A stretch of 35,887 bases of DNA from a virus, in the IMG/VR virus record IMGVR_UViG_3300045988_088904, positions 1 to 35,887 of that record; one strand, 5' to 3'. How positions within the stretch are numbered: the stretch's first letter is position 1; each line of letters starts with the position of its first letter. Shown piece after piece: positions 1 to 7,434 of this stretch. Below the pieces are notes generated by a model, which did not search any database, was not told the origin of the DNA, and saw nothing but the letters and a program-made list of their open reading frames with translations. The translations under genes were made by a program, and so were the position numbers.

Positions 1-555
1 GCGATGGCCGAGGCGGAGCGTTCCGAACGCATACCGCTGTACATACAGGAGTCCGCCGGGATGACGGTGGACGACCTCCGGGCAGAGACGCTCTGCGGGC
101 AGTACGACGTAATCTTCATCGATTACGTTCAGCTCGTCCCCGGACGGAGCCGGGACAGCCGGTTTGAGACCGTGACGGCGACGTCAATGGCGCTGCACTC
201 GATGGCGCAGGAGCTCGGTGTGACGGTGGTCGCACTGTCGCAGGTGACGCCGCCGGAACCCGGAAAGGACGGCAAGCGCCGTCAGCTGCGCAAGGAGGAT
301 CTCCGAGAGAGCCGGCAGCTCCTCCAGGACGCCGAGGCGATCCTGATGATGGACCTCGCCGACCCGAAGGACTATAAGAGCCAGCGCGTTCTGATCGTCG
401 ACAAGAACAAGGACGGCGCACTCGGCAGCGTCCGGCTCGACTTCGACCCGGAGCACATGAGATTCACGACCGCGCAGCGCAGCGGCAAGCCCCCGCTGCC
501 GGATCAGGTGACGTTCAAAGAGCTGCCGGACAACGGCGACGAGCTCCCGTTTTAG
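1..555 (+). CDS. dnaB: DnaB-family replicative DNA helicase, C-terminal part (same ORF as 35074..35887, joined across the circular junction)
   Basis: Open from base 1 to TAG 553-555. Bases 1-55 equal 35833-35887 in the same codon phase as the ORF starting at ATG 35074. RecA-like C-terminal segment (IFIDYVQLV, ALSQV). Confidence 0.85.
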   Translation, partial: AMAEAERSERIPLYIQESAGMTVDDLRAETLCGQYDVIFIDYVQLVPGRSRDSRFETVTATSMALHSMAQELGVTVVALSQVTPPEPGKDGKRRQLRKEDLRESRQLLQDAEAILMMDLADPKDYKSQRVLIVDKNKDGALGSVRLDFDPEHMRFTTAQRSGKPPLPDQVTFKELPDNGDELPF

Positions 556-568
556 GAGGTGAGGCGCG

Positions 569-760
569 ACGAAGATCGGAGACAAAATCAGGTTTATCCC
601 CTCAGCATGGACACAGTTCAGCGACACGAATTCCCTCAGCTCTTACGGCGTCAAGGGTGACGTCGAGGGCGAGATAGTCGAGATCAACTATGCGCACCGG
701 TGGTACAGGGCACGGTACCAGGCGGGCGGCGCGACACTTTACGAAAGCTTCAAGTTTTAA
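569..760 (+). CDS. Small protein-like ORF with no canonical start codon (ACG at the SD-spaced position); possibly start-codon-inactivated
   Basis: Frame is open 563-757 with TAA at 758-760 and has no in-frame ATG/GTG/TTG. AGGAGGTG (554-561) lies 7 nt before ACG 569. Translation TKIGDKIRFIPSAWTQFSDTNSLSSYGVKGDVEGEIVEINYAHRWYRARYQAGGATLYESFKF looks like a real small globular protein. Confidence 0.35.
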   Translation, partial: TKIGDKIRFIPSAWTQFSDTNSLSSYGVKGDVEGEIVEINYAHRWYRARYQAGGATLYESFKF

Positions 761-787
761 CCAAAATCAGAGTCTGGAGGACCTACG

Positions 788-1519
788 ATGAGAACAACCG
801 CGATTATTAACCTCAAGGGCGGCGTCGCAAAGACGACGACAGCCCTGAACATGGCCGCGATACTGGCCAAGGACTACAAGCAGCGCGTCCTGCTGGTGGA
901 CGCTGACAGCCAATGCAACTGCACCGAGTTTTTCCAGCGCGGCATCGCGCACCCCGGCACCCTCGCCGACATGCTGCGCGGCCTCGCGCCGTGCATCGAG
1001 CACAGCCGGTTCGACGGCGTCGACCTCCTGCCGGGAGACGACAGCCTGATGGACCTTGACCTGACGAAGATCGAGACCGGCAGCGCCTCCGCCGTGTGCC
1101 TGCGTGAGCTGACCGCGGAGCTGGGCGACAGGTACGACCGGATGATCATCGACTGCCCTCCGGCGTTTAATGCGGCCTCCGCCGCGGCGCTGGTGGCGGC
1201 GGACGAGGTCATCATCCCGATCAAGCTCGACGCGTTCAGCCTGCGCGGGATGGCTAACATCATGCAGCAGGTCAGTAATATGCGCAAGATTAACGACAGC
1301 CTCACCGTCGCCGGCATCCTGCCGACGATGTGGTATAAGTCCGATAACATCATCGAGGCCGAGAAGATGCTGCGCGAGTTCGGGCTCCCGGTGCTGCCGC
1401 ATGTGCGGCGCACGAACAAGGTCGACGACATGACCTTTGCGCAGGAGCCGCTTGTTATCAGCTCGCCGAAGAGCGCGGCGGGCGTCGATTACCGCCGCGT
1501 CGTCGCGGCGCTTATGTGA
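788..1519 (+). CDS. parA: ParA/Soj-type partition ATPase
   Basis: GGAGG 774-778 upstream of ATG 788. N-terminus MRTTAIINLKGGVAKTTT is the deviant Walker A KGGxxK[ST]. 243 aa; parB follows 12 nt later. Confidence 0.88.
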   Translation: MRTTAIINLKGGVAKTTTALNMAAILAKDYKQRVLLVDADSQCNCTEFFQRGIAHPGTLADMLRGLAPCIEHSRFDGVDLLPGDDSLMDLDLTKIETGSASAVCLRELTAELGDRYDRMIIDCPPAFNAASAAALVAADEVIIPIKLDAFSLRGMANIMQQVSNMRKINDSLTVAGILPTMWYKSDNIIEAEKMLREFGLPVLPHVRRTNKVDDMTFAQEPLVISSPKSAAGVDYRRVVAALM

Positions 1520-1531
1520 GGAGGTGCGGTC

Positions 1532-2848
1532 ATGGGATTCGATTTAGCATCGGTGCTCAAGAATGTGCCCGAATCGGGCACAAATGACGGCCGTGAGCGC
1601 ATCGAGTACATAGGGCTCGACAGGCTGCACGACGACCCGAATAACTTCTACTCCCTCGACGGCATCAAGGAGCTTGCCGAAAACATCGAGTTTGCGGGGC
1701 TCCAGCAGCCCGTCCGCGTCCGCCGCGATGCGGAACACAGCGGCGAGTACATCATCGTCAGCGGCCACCGCCGCACGGCGGCGATGCGCAAGATCGTCGA
1801 GGACGGCAACAAGGCCTTTGAGACGGTGCCCTGTATCGTCGAGGCCGACGGCGGCAGCGAGGCGCTGCGCGAGCTGCGCCTGATCTACGCTAACTCCGAC
1901 ACCCGCCGGATGTCCTCCGCGGATATCTCGAAGCAGGCCGAGCGCGTCGAGGCGCTGCTCTACCAGCTCAAGGAGGAGGGCGTCGAGTTCCCCGGCAGGA
2001 TGCGCGACCACGTCGCCGAGGCCTGCAAGGTGAGCAAGTCGAAGCTGTCCCGCCTGAAGGTCATTCGCGATAAGCTCGCGCCGGATATCTACGCCGGGTA
2101 CTATGAAAAGGGCAAGCTACCAGAGGACACGGCCTATACGCTCGCTAAGCTTCCGGTCGAAGTCCAGCGTGACATTGTTGACCGCGCGACGCGGGATGGG
2201 CGGCAAAACATCCAGTATCTTTACGCGGCCAAAGTCGAAGATCAGGGCAAGGACATCGCGCGTTTCAGCAAAATGGCCTGCCGCTGCGAGCAGGGCGGAA
2301 TCTGTATCAATGTTCCAAACCTGATGGATAAACTCTATGACACTCGCGGATGGCGAGGCTATACGCACTGCGGCTCCGGCTGCTGCTACGACTGCGTCGA
2401 GCTTGCGACCTGCTCAAAGTGCTGCTCCCGCATGGCGGTAGTCAAGGCGCAGAAAAAGGCCGAAAAGAAAGCGGCCAAGGCCGCGGAAGCTGCGGTGCAG
2501 GCCGAACGCGACAGGCCGGTGATCGACGCGCTGCGGCTCCTCTGGAACCGGATGGGCGAGGCCTGTAAGAGGGCGGGCGTCGATTACAGCGAGGTCTGCG
2601 ACAAGGCCGGCATATACGCCACCCTGCCTCCCAAGGACGCGACCGTGCTGCTTGACGGCGGCGGCAAGCTGACGGCAGACACCTGGCCTCCGTTCGGCTG
2701 CGTCATAGGCCGAGACGATATATCGAGCCTCGTCAAGCTGGCCGATCTGCTCGGCTGCTCGCTGGATTATCTCTTTGGCCGCGATGTGCCCGAATCGGGC
2801 ACCGGCACGAATTATTTTTGCGCCGACGGAGAAAGGAAGAACGGATGA
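1532..2848 (+). CDS. parB: ParB-family protein with Cys-rich insert and C-terminal XRE-like helix
   Basis: GAGGAGG RBS. ParB N-terminal domain motifs DDPNNFY and VSGHRRTAAM. Cys-rich block at 2273-2435. C-terminal LADLLGCSLDYLFG resembles the end of an XRE HTH. Confidence 0.8.
   Translation: MGFDLASVLKNVPESGTNDGRERIEYIGLDRLHDDPNNFYSLDGIKELAENIEFAGLQQPVRVRRDAEHSGEYIIVSGHRRTAAMRKIVEDGNKAFETVPCIVEADGGSEALRELRLIYANSDTRRMSSADISKQAERVEALLYQLKEEGVEFPGRMRDHVAEACKVSKSKLSRLKVIRDKLAPDIYAGYYEKGKLPEDTAYTLAKLPVEVQRDIVDRATRDGRQNIQYLYAAKVEDQGKDIARFSKMACRCEQGGICINVPNLMDKLYDTRGWRGYTHCGSGCCYDCVELATCSKCCSRMAVVKAQKKAEKKAAKAAEAAVQAERDRPVIDALRLLWNRMGEACKRAGVDYSEVCDKAGIYATLPPKDATVLLDGGGKLTADTWPPFGCVIGRDDISSLVKLADLLGCSLDYLFGRDVPESGTGTNYFCADGERKNG
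1564..1582. repeat. Dispersed palindrome copy 1 (TGTGCCCGAATCGGGCACA), inside parB 5' end
   Basis: 9-bp arms around a single central base. In-frame, encodes VPESGT. Confidence 0.95.
2786..2802. repeat. Dispersed palindrome copy 2 (GTGCCCGAATCGGGCAC), inside parB 3' end
   Basis: Exact 17-nt core, in the same codon phase as copy 1; again encodes VPESGT. Confidence 0.95.
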
Positions 2849-3354
2849 AAGCGGCTTTAATCAGCATACGCCCGGAGTGGTGTGCGAAGATCGCGAGCGG
2901 CGAGAAGACAATCGAGGTGCGGAAAACGCGCCCGAAGCTGGAAACGCCGTTTAAGTGCTATATCTACTGCACGAAGGACGCGAAGAAACAGTTTTGGACA
3001 GGGCCGAAGTATTCCTATGCGGACGACCACAGCCATAACGCGTTTGATAAATGTGGGAGCGGAAAGGTCATCGGCGAGTTTCTTTGCAATCAGATTATTG
3101 AGGATCACACGTTCGGTCTCAATGAAAAGTTTTACACAGCGGCTTGCATGAGCGCATGCGATGCGGCGGCGTATGCATTGCAGTCACCGATGTACGGCTG
3201 GAATATCTCCAATCTTAAAATTTATGATGTACCACGCGAACTGGCCAGTCTTACCGGCCTACGCGCTACGAGGTTCGGCGCGGCACCGTATGATATCAAG
3301 CGCGCCCCGCAAAGCTGGTGCTATGTGGAGGAGGCAGACAATGGCAATAAGTAA
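2845..3354 (+). CDS. ASCH (PUA-like) domain protein
   Basis: ATG 2845 after GGAGAAAGGAAG. N-terminus MKAALISIRPEWCAKIASGEKTIEVRK is typical of phage ASCH-domain proteins (recollection). Confidence 0.6.
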   Translation: MKAALISIRPEWCAKIASGEKTIEVRKTRPKLETPFKCYIYCTKDAKKQFWTGPKYSYADDHSHNAFDKCGSGKVIGEFLCNQIIEDHTFGLNEKFYTAACMSACDAAAYALQSPMYGWNISNLKIYDVPRELASLTGLRATRFGAAPYDIKRAPQSWCYVEEADNGNK

Positions 3355-3685
3355 AAAGACCCGTGAGGCTGTCTATCAGAAATACGCCGGGCACTGTGCA
3401 TATTGCGGCCGGCCGCTCGCCTACAAGGACATGCAGGTCGACCACTTTAGACCGCTGCGAGCATGGGACGCGGAGGATGCAGGAACCGACGATATCTCGA
3501 ACCTCATGCCGGCGTGCCGGATGTGTAACCATTATAAGCGGGCAAACAGCATTGAAACGTTTCGCAGATACATCCGGGAAATCCCGCAAAAGCTCCGAGA
3601 CAATTACATCTACAAGGTTGGCCTTGCTTATGGCACCGTCACAGAGCGCGAAAAGCCGATAGTGTTTTATTTTGAATTATTTTGA
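3341..3685 (+). CDS. HNH endonuclease
   Basis: ATG 3341 after GGAGGAGG (3327-3334). CAYCG...VDHFRP...NLMPACRMCNHYK is an HNH/zinc-finger motif set. Confidence 0.8.
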   Translation: MAISKKTREAVYQKYAGHCAYCGRPLAYKDMQVDHFRPLRAWDAEDAGTDDISNLMPACRMCNHYKRANSIETFRRYIREIPQKLRDNYIYKVGLAYGTVTEREKPIVFYFELF

Positions 3686-3693
3686 GGAGGAAA

Positions 3694-3912
3694 ATGTCAA
3701 TGGATGCTCAAGCTTCTGATGTTGCGCCGGTGAATAGCTATTGGGAAAGTTATTCGTGTTTGCAGTTTATGGGGACAGATGAATGGGGCGAACCGAAATG
3801 GCGCGCTGGTAGGTTTTACGTCTGCCACAACTACAAATGCCGATGGAAAACGGTTGTAAAAAGTAACTTCTGCCCCAACTGCGGCGCGAGAATGGACGGT
3901 GAAGAGCCGTGA
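3694..3912 (+). CDS. Small zinc-ribbon protein
   Basis: GAGGAGG RBS 5 nt before ATG 3694. C-terminal CHNYKC...CPNCG Cys pairs. Confidence 0.6.
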   Translation: MSMDAQASDVAPVNSYWESYSCLQFMGTDEWGEPKWRAGRFYVCHNYKCRWKTVVKSNFCPNCGARMDGEEP

Positions 3913-4124
3913 AAACAGACAGAGCACTTCACGCGCCCCTCACGATAGACCTGTCTGACATTACATGGGATACTCCGATTTTGCTTCGAATTCCCATCCT
4001 CCCCGGTTTCCCGGGCATCATGGAGTACAAGGGCTATATTTCAGATCTTGAGTTCAACTCTGGGGCGAAACAGTTGTCCTTGACGTTCGACATACCCGGC
4101 TCGGAGAAAAAGCGGCATGAGTAA
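3909..4124 (+). CDS. Hypothetical protein
   Basis: GTG start overlaps the upstream stop (GTGA). Same strand, packed operon. No recognisable motif. Confidence 0.45.
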   Translation: MKTDRALHAPLTIDLSDITWDTPILLRIPILPGFPGIMEYKGYISDLEFNSGAKQLSLTFDIPGSEKKRHE

Positions 4125-4458
4125 GAGCGGATTACTCGCCCGGCAGAAGGCCGAGCGCGAACTGTGGACGATCAAGGTGATCGCCTATACCGAGCAGCAG
4201 ACGCTCGATGCGGTCTGCCTCGCACTTGCCGAGGGCTTCGGGTTCGGTGAGGAGCGGCTGAAACGCTTCCACGATGCGTTCAATGCCAAGTACGCGGAAA
4301 TCCGAGAACTTGAAAAGGGCGATACCAAGGATAACGAGTACGCCATCGCCAAGCAGGAGGCCGCGCTCAAGGCGGCCTGTGGTAAGTACTATTCGCCTCG
4401 CGAGGTGCGGTATGATATCAAGATCGTCACGCGAGACGGTAAACAGCACAAATTGTGA
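4117..4458 (+). CDS. Hypothetical protein
   Basis: ATG overlaps the end of the previous ORF. 113 aa with protein-like composition. Confidence 0.55.
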   Translation: MSKSGLLARQKAERELWTIKVIAYTEQQTLDAVCLALAEGFGFGEERLKRFHDAFNAKYAEIRELEKGDTKDNEYAIAKQEAALKAACGKYYSPREVRYDIKIVTRDGKQHKL

Positions 4459-4475
4459 TAAGGAGGAAGTTAACA

Positions 4476-4736
4476 ATGCTTTGTCCATTTAAGCGCGTAA
4501 CCACCCGCCTCCCCAGCGGTCAGACTAATGGTCAGGCCTTTGGCCTTTGCAGTGAGGACAACTGCATGGCCTACTATGTAAAAAACGAGTACGACACCAA
4601 GCCGCCGTTTTCGGTAATTGGCAGTCGTCCCGCTTGCCGGCTCATAGAGCATCCGTATGCCGCACCGATAGCGTACTGCTCCATGTTCGGCTCGGACGAC
4701 GAGGGGGCAAACCCGGAGGCGCTGGATGATGAATAA
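4476..4736 (+). CDS. Hypothetical protein
   Basis: AAGGAGGAAG RBS 6 nt before ATG 4476. Confidence 0.6.
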   Translation: MLCPFKRVTTRLPSGQTNGQAFGLCSEDNCMAYYVKNEYDTKPPFSVIGSRPACRLIEHPYAAPIAYCSMFGSDDEGANPEALDDE

Positions 4737-4977
4737 ACCTGGCATTAACTATCTTCCAGATGTGGAGTTTCGAGGCCATATCAGCGATACGAACAACTGC
4801 GTTTGCTCCGGTTGTCACAAGATGGACTTCGTCTTCAAACTAACAGTACCAGACACAGGGTATCACGATGGTAAGCGCCTTTCAACGAAGTATCACGGAT
4901 ACTGGATGTGCGTCGATTGCGTTGCGAAGGTCGCGAGGTGTTCTGATGCAGCGGTAAGGGAGCTGTACAAACTGTAA
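4726..4977 (+). CDS. Hypothetical Cys-rich (CxxC...CxxC) protein
   Basis: Start overlaps the upstream stop. CVCSGC and CVDC pairs suggest a zinc ribbon. Confidence 0.55.
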   Translation: MMNKPGINYLPDVEFRGHISDTNNCVCSGCHKMDFVFKLTVPDTGYHDGKRLSTKYHGYWMCVDCVAKVARCSDAAVRELYKL

Positions 4978-5036
4978 ATAACAATTCTTCCGCCGGGTGA
5001 GCCAGACTCCACGGGCTATGATTCAGGAGGTAAAAC

Positions 5037-5788
5037 ATGCCCGAGAGCATAGCCCTTAACTGTGACTGCATGGAGTACATGCGGTCACTGCCCGACAAGG
5101 CGTTTGACCTTGCCGTGGTTGACCCGCCGTATGGTGGCGGATGTTCACAGTCTGTTAAAGAAGAGAGAGAGACGGGCTCCACGGCGGAGCTGCTGACTAC
5201 GAAAGCAAACCTCGGTCGCGATTCGGCGGCATCTTCGACCGCTACTATATCGGCAGCCCGGACAGGTGGGACATGGGCGGCGAAGTACCGCCAACGAACA
5301 CTGGGGCTGATATCCGTCATTGGGATATCGCCCCGATTCAAGAATACTTCGATGAGCTTGCCCGGGTGAGCAAGAGCCAGATAATCTGGGGCGGGAATTA
5401 TTTCAACCTCCCGCCGACGCGCTGCTTTCTGATATGGCGCAAGCTAAATATTCCGCTTGAGGGGTTCAGCATGGCTCCTGTGGAGTATGCGTGGACATCT
5501 TTCAATCTTAACGCCGCAATGTGCGAGTTTTTCTCCTCCGGCGGCAGCGGCCGCGGGGAACGATTTCATCCGACGCAAAAGCCCGTAGATCTGTATACAT
5601 GGATCTTCAAACACTATGCCAAGCCCGGCGACCGAATCCTCGACACGCACCTCGGCTCCGGCAGCAGCCGCATCGCGGCGTACAGTCTCGGCTTTGACTT
5701 CGTCGGCTGCGAAATCGACAAAACATATTTTGAACTTGAGGAGAAGCGCTTCGAGACCTTCGCCTCACAGCAAAGCTTATTTTACTAA
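5037..5788 (+). pseudogene. Beta-class amino-DNA methyltransferase (N6A/N4C, DPPY type), interrupted by at least one frameshift
   Basis: Frame A (5037-5369) carries motif IV VVDPPYGG and RTGGTWAAKY. Frame B (-1 relative to A, open from 5159) carries IIWGGNYF, HPTQKP and motif I ILDTHLGSGSS through to stop 5788. The switch must lie between 5289 and 5311. Confidence 0.75.
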
Positions 5789-5839
5789 TTAAACATTGCG
5801 GTCTATGGCCATGAGGCAGAGGACGTCAGGAGTATGCAC

Positions 5840-6562
5840 ATGGCTTACCGCAAAAAAATCATCTCGGCCGGGCCGCTGGTCAAGGAGATCATATACCCGT
5901 ATCGCTCAGGCGGCAGCAGCCCAAACGGCCGGCGGCGCACCGGGACGAGCTCGGAAGCGCAGCGCCGGATGAACGCTATTTATTCATGGCAGAAACTTGA
6001 GCTGCTGCTCGCGGCGAACCTCGTCAAGGGCGATGTCGTCGGGTGCCTGACCTTCGACGACTATCACCTCCCGGAGACCCGCGAGCAGGTCCGGAACAAA
6101 TTCAAGTGGTTTCTCGACAAGCTCCGGGCAGCGCGCGAGGAACGAGGACAGACCCTCGTCATGTTCTGGTCGATTGAGCACCTCCACGGCGAGGGGCGCT
6201 GGCATATACATATAGCGTGCAACGCTACCGGCAACGACTATGAAGAAATGCTCCGGCTATGGGGGCAAGGCGAGTGTGAGTTCAACGCGCTGCGTGTGGA
6301 TAAGAAGAAGAACTATGAGACCTTAGCCCGGTACATGGCCAAGGAGGAACGGGACAAGGTAGGGCAGCGCTCTTGGAGCTACACCCGCAACGCCAAGAAG
6401 CCGGAAGTTGAGAGCTTCTCCGTGCGGGAGTTCGCGCCGCTGCGCGTGCCGAAGGACACGACAGTGTTCGAGGACGTCCGCAGCCGCGGCGAATGGCAGT
6501 ACATCAAATACGCTTATAACAACGCGCTTAAGGTTCGGCGGCACCGCAGACGCCGGTCGTAG
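5840..6562 (+). CDS. HUH-superfamily Rep-like (rolling-circle initiator/relaxase-type) protein
   Basis: AGGAG 7 nt before ATG 5840. Motif I GCLTFDD, motif II HIHIAC (HIH codons 6203-6211), motif III YMAKE (Tyr codon 6332-6334). Confidence 0.6.
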   Translation: MAYRKKIISAGPLVKEIIYPYRSGGSSPNGRRRTGTSSEAQRRMNAIYSWQKLELLLAANLVKGDVVGCLTFDDYHLPETREQVRNKFKWFLDKLRAAREERGQTLVMFWSIEHLHGEGRWHIHIACNATGNDYEEMLRLWGQGECEFNALRVDKKKNYETLARYMAKEERDKVGQRSWSYTRNAKKPEVESFSVREFAPLRVPKDTTVFEDVRSRGEWQYIKYAYNNALKVRRHRRRRS

Positions 6563-6565
6563 ATT

Positions 6566-6582
6566 GTGCCCGATTCGGGCAC
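6566..6582. repeat. Dispersed palindrome copy 3 (GTGCCCGATTCGGGCAC), 3 nt after the Rep-like stop
   Basis: Exact core with central T (opposite orientation to copies 1, 2 and 4). Followed by CGGAAAATCTTTTTT. Confidence 0.95.
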
Positions 6583-6655
6583 CGGAAAATCTTTTTTATA
6601 AATTTTTTCTGGCTTGAAACCTATGTTATTAAAAGGAAAGGAGTGCTGAAAAGTA

Positions 6656-6856
6656 TTGCAATCCCAAGGTTTTTCTGGTAAACTAACAGTGAAAGACGGG
6701 TTCCTCCAGTGCCCGACCTGCCGCGGCAATAAAAAGCTGCTCAAGATCGAGCCGGACACAACGGCGACTAATCTGGTCGTCTTCTGCCGCTTCTGCAAAA
6801 CCGAACATCGGATCGACATCAGTCGGGGCCAGTGCTTTAAGAGCCGGGGCCAGTGA
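6656..6856 (+). CDS. Cysteine-rich KTR-like zinc-ribbon protein (moron)
   Basis: CPTCRGNKKLLKIEPDT...CRFCKTEHRIDI matches the CPxC..K..LKI..DT...CxxCK.E pattern of the Cys_rich_KTR family (recollection). TTG 6656 or in-frame GTG 6689 is the start. Lies in a low-GC island with its own terminator. Confidence 0.55.
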   Translation: MQSQGFSGKLTVKDGFLQCPTCRGNKKLLKIEPDTTATNLVVFCRFCKTEHRIDISRGQCFKSRGQ

Positions 6857-6898
6857 TAGACACATGAGTGTGTTTGTCGCTGGCCCCGGCTCTTTTTC
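6841..6898 (+). terminator. Rho-independent-type terminator hairpin
   Basis: 13-bp perfect stem GAGCCGGGGCCAG (6841-6853) / CTGGCCCCGGCTC (6880-6892), 26-nt loop, then a T run at 6893-6898. The stem overlaps the last codons of the KTR-like gene. Confidence 0.65.
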
Positions 6899-6961
6899 GT
6901 TTCCCGGACAGCGCCGAGGCGATAGCCGGCGCACGGGGAAGAAAAGGCCGGGTGTCCGCGT

Positions 6962-7276
6962 ATGAGTCAATCCTGGGCGAGAGGGTTCTACTCCGGCAAG
7001 GCGTGGCTGCGCTGCCGCGCTGCGTTCATCGCCAAGCGCCGCGCGATCGACGGCGGGATGTGCATGGACTGCGGCGAGAGGCTCGGCTACATCGCGCATC
7101 ACTGGCCGGTCATGCTGACGGCCGAGACTGTCAACGATCCGGACATCGCGCTTAACCATGCAAATCTACGGTGGGTCTGCAAAGAATGTCACGACAAGTA
7201 TCCCGGGCACGGCGTCGCGCCGTCGCTCACGCCGCTGATCCGCTTCGACGCTGACGGCGACCCTATCCCCCCGTAA
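6962..7276 (+). CDS. HNH endonuclease (terminase-associated type)
   Basis: CMDCG...IAHH...NLRWVCKECHDK motifs. Sits immediately upstream of the terminase small subunit, as in HK97-like cos phages. Confidence 0.75.
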   Translation: MSQSWARGFYSGKAWLRCRAAFIAKRRAIDGGMCMDCGERLGYIAHHWPVMLTAETVNDPDIALNHANLRWVCKECHDKYPGHGVAPSLTPLIRFDADGDPIPP

Positions 7277-7434
7277 TTTTTCTGCGGCTTCGGCCGCTCC
7301 TGACCGCCGCCCAGCCTCGGAAGAATACACAGGGTCGCGCAAGGCCCCCCACCGAAAGCGCAAAAATCGGGCAGAAGAAAAATATCAACAAAGACCCCGC
7401 GCACATGAGGAAAAGCCGCGAAAGGAGGGCGAAA

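Noticed and set aside
547-562. +1 frameshift at CCG_UUU_UAG linking dnaB to the downstream start-less ORF
   Set aside because: The +1 frame hits TGA at 560-562 before the protein-like ORF opens at 563, so no fusion is possible.
5273-5788. Treating the C-terminal methyltransferase ORF as an independent intact gene
   Set aside because: It lacks the catalytic DPPY motif, which is in the upstream frame. The family motif RTGGTWAAKY is also in that upstream frame, overlapping this ORF's first codons. An interrupted single gene explains the data better.
6868-7155. 95-aa + strand ORF overlapping the HNH gene in another frame
   Set aside because: The alternative frame (6962-7276) carries clear HNH / Cys-His motifs, whereas this frame is Arg/Ala-rich with no motifs.
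7376-7384. Half-site ATCGGGCAG resembling the right arm of the dispersed palindrome, in the HNH-TerS spacer
   Set aside because: There is no matching left arm, and only 8 of 9 arm bases match, which is too short to distinguish from chance.
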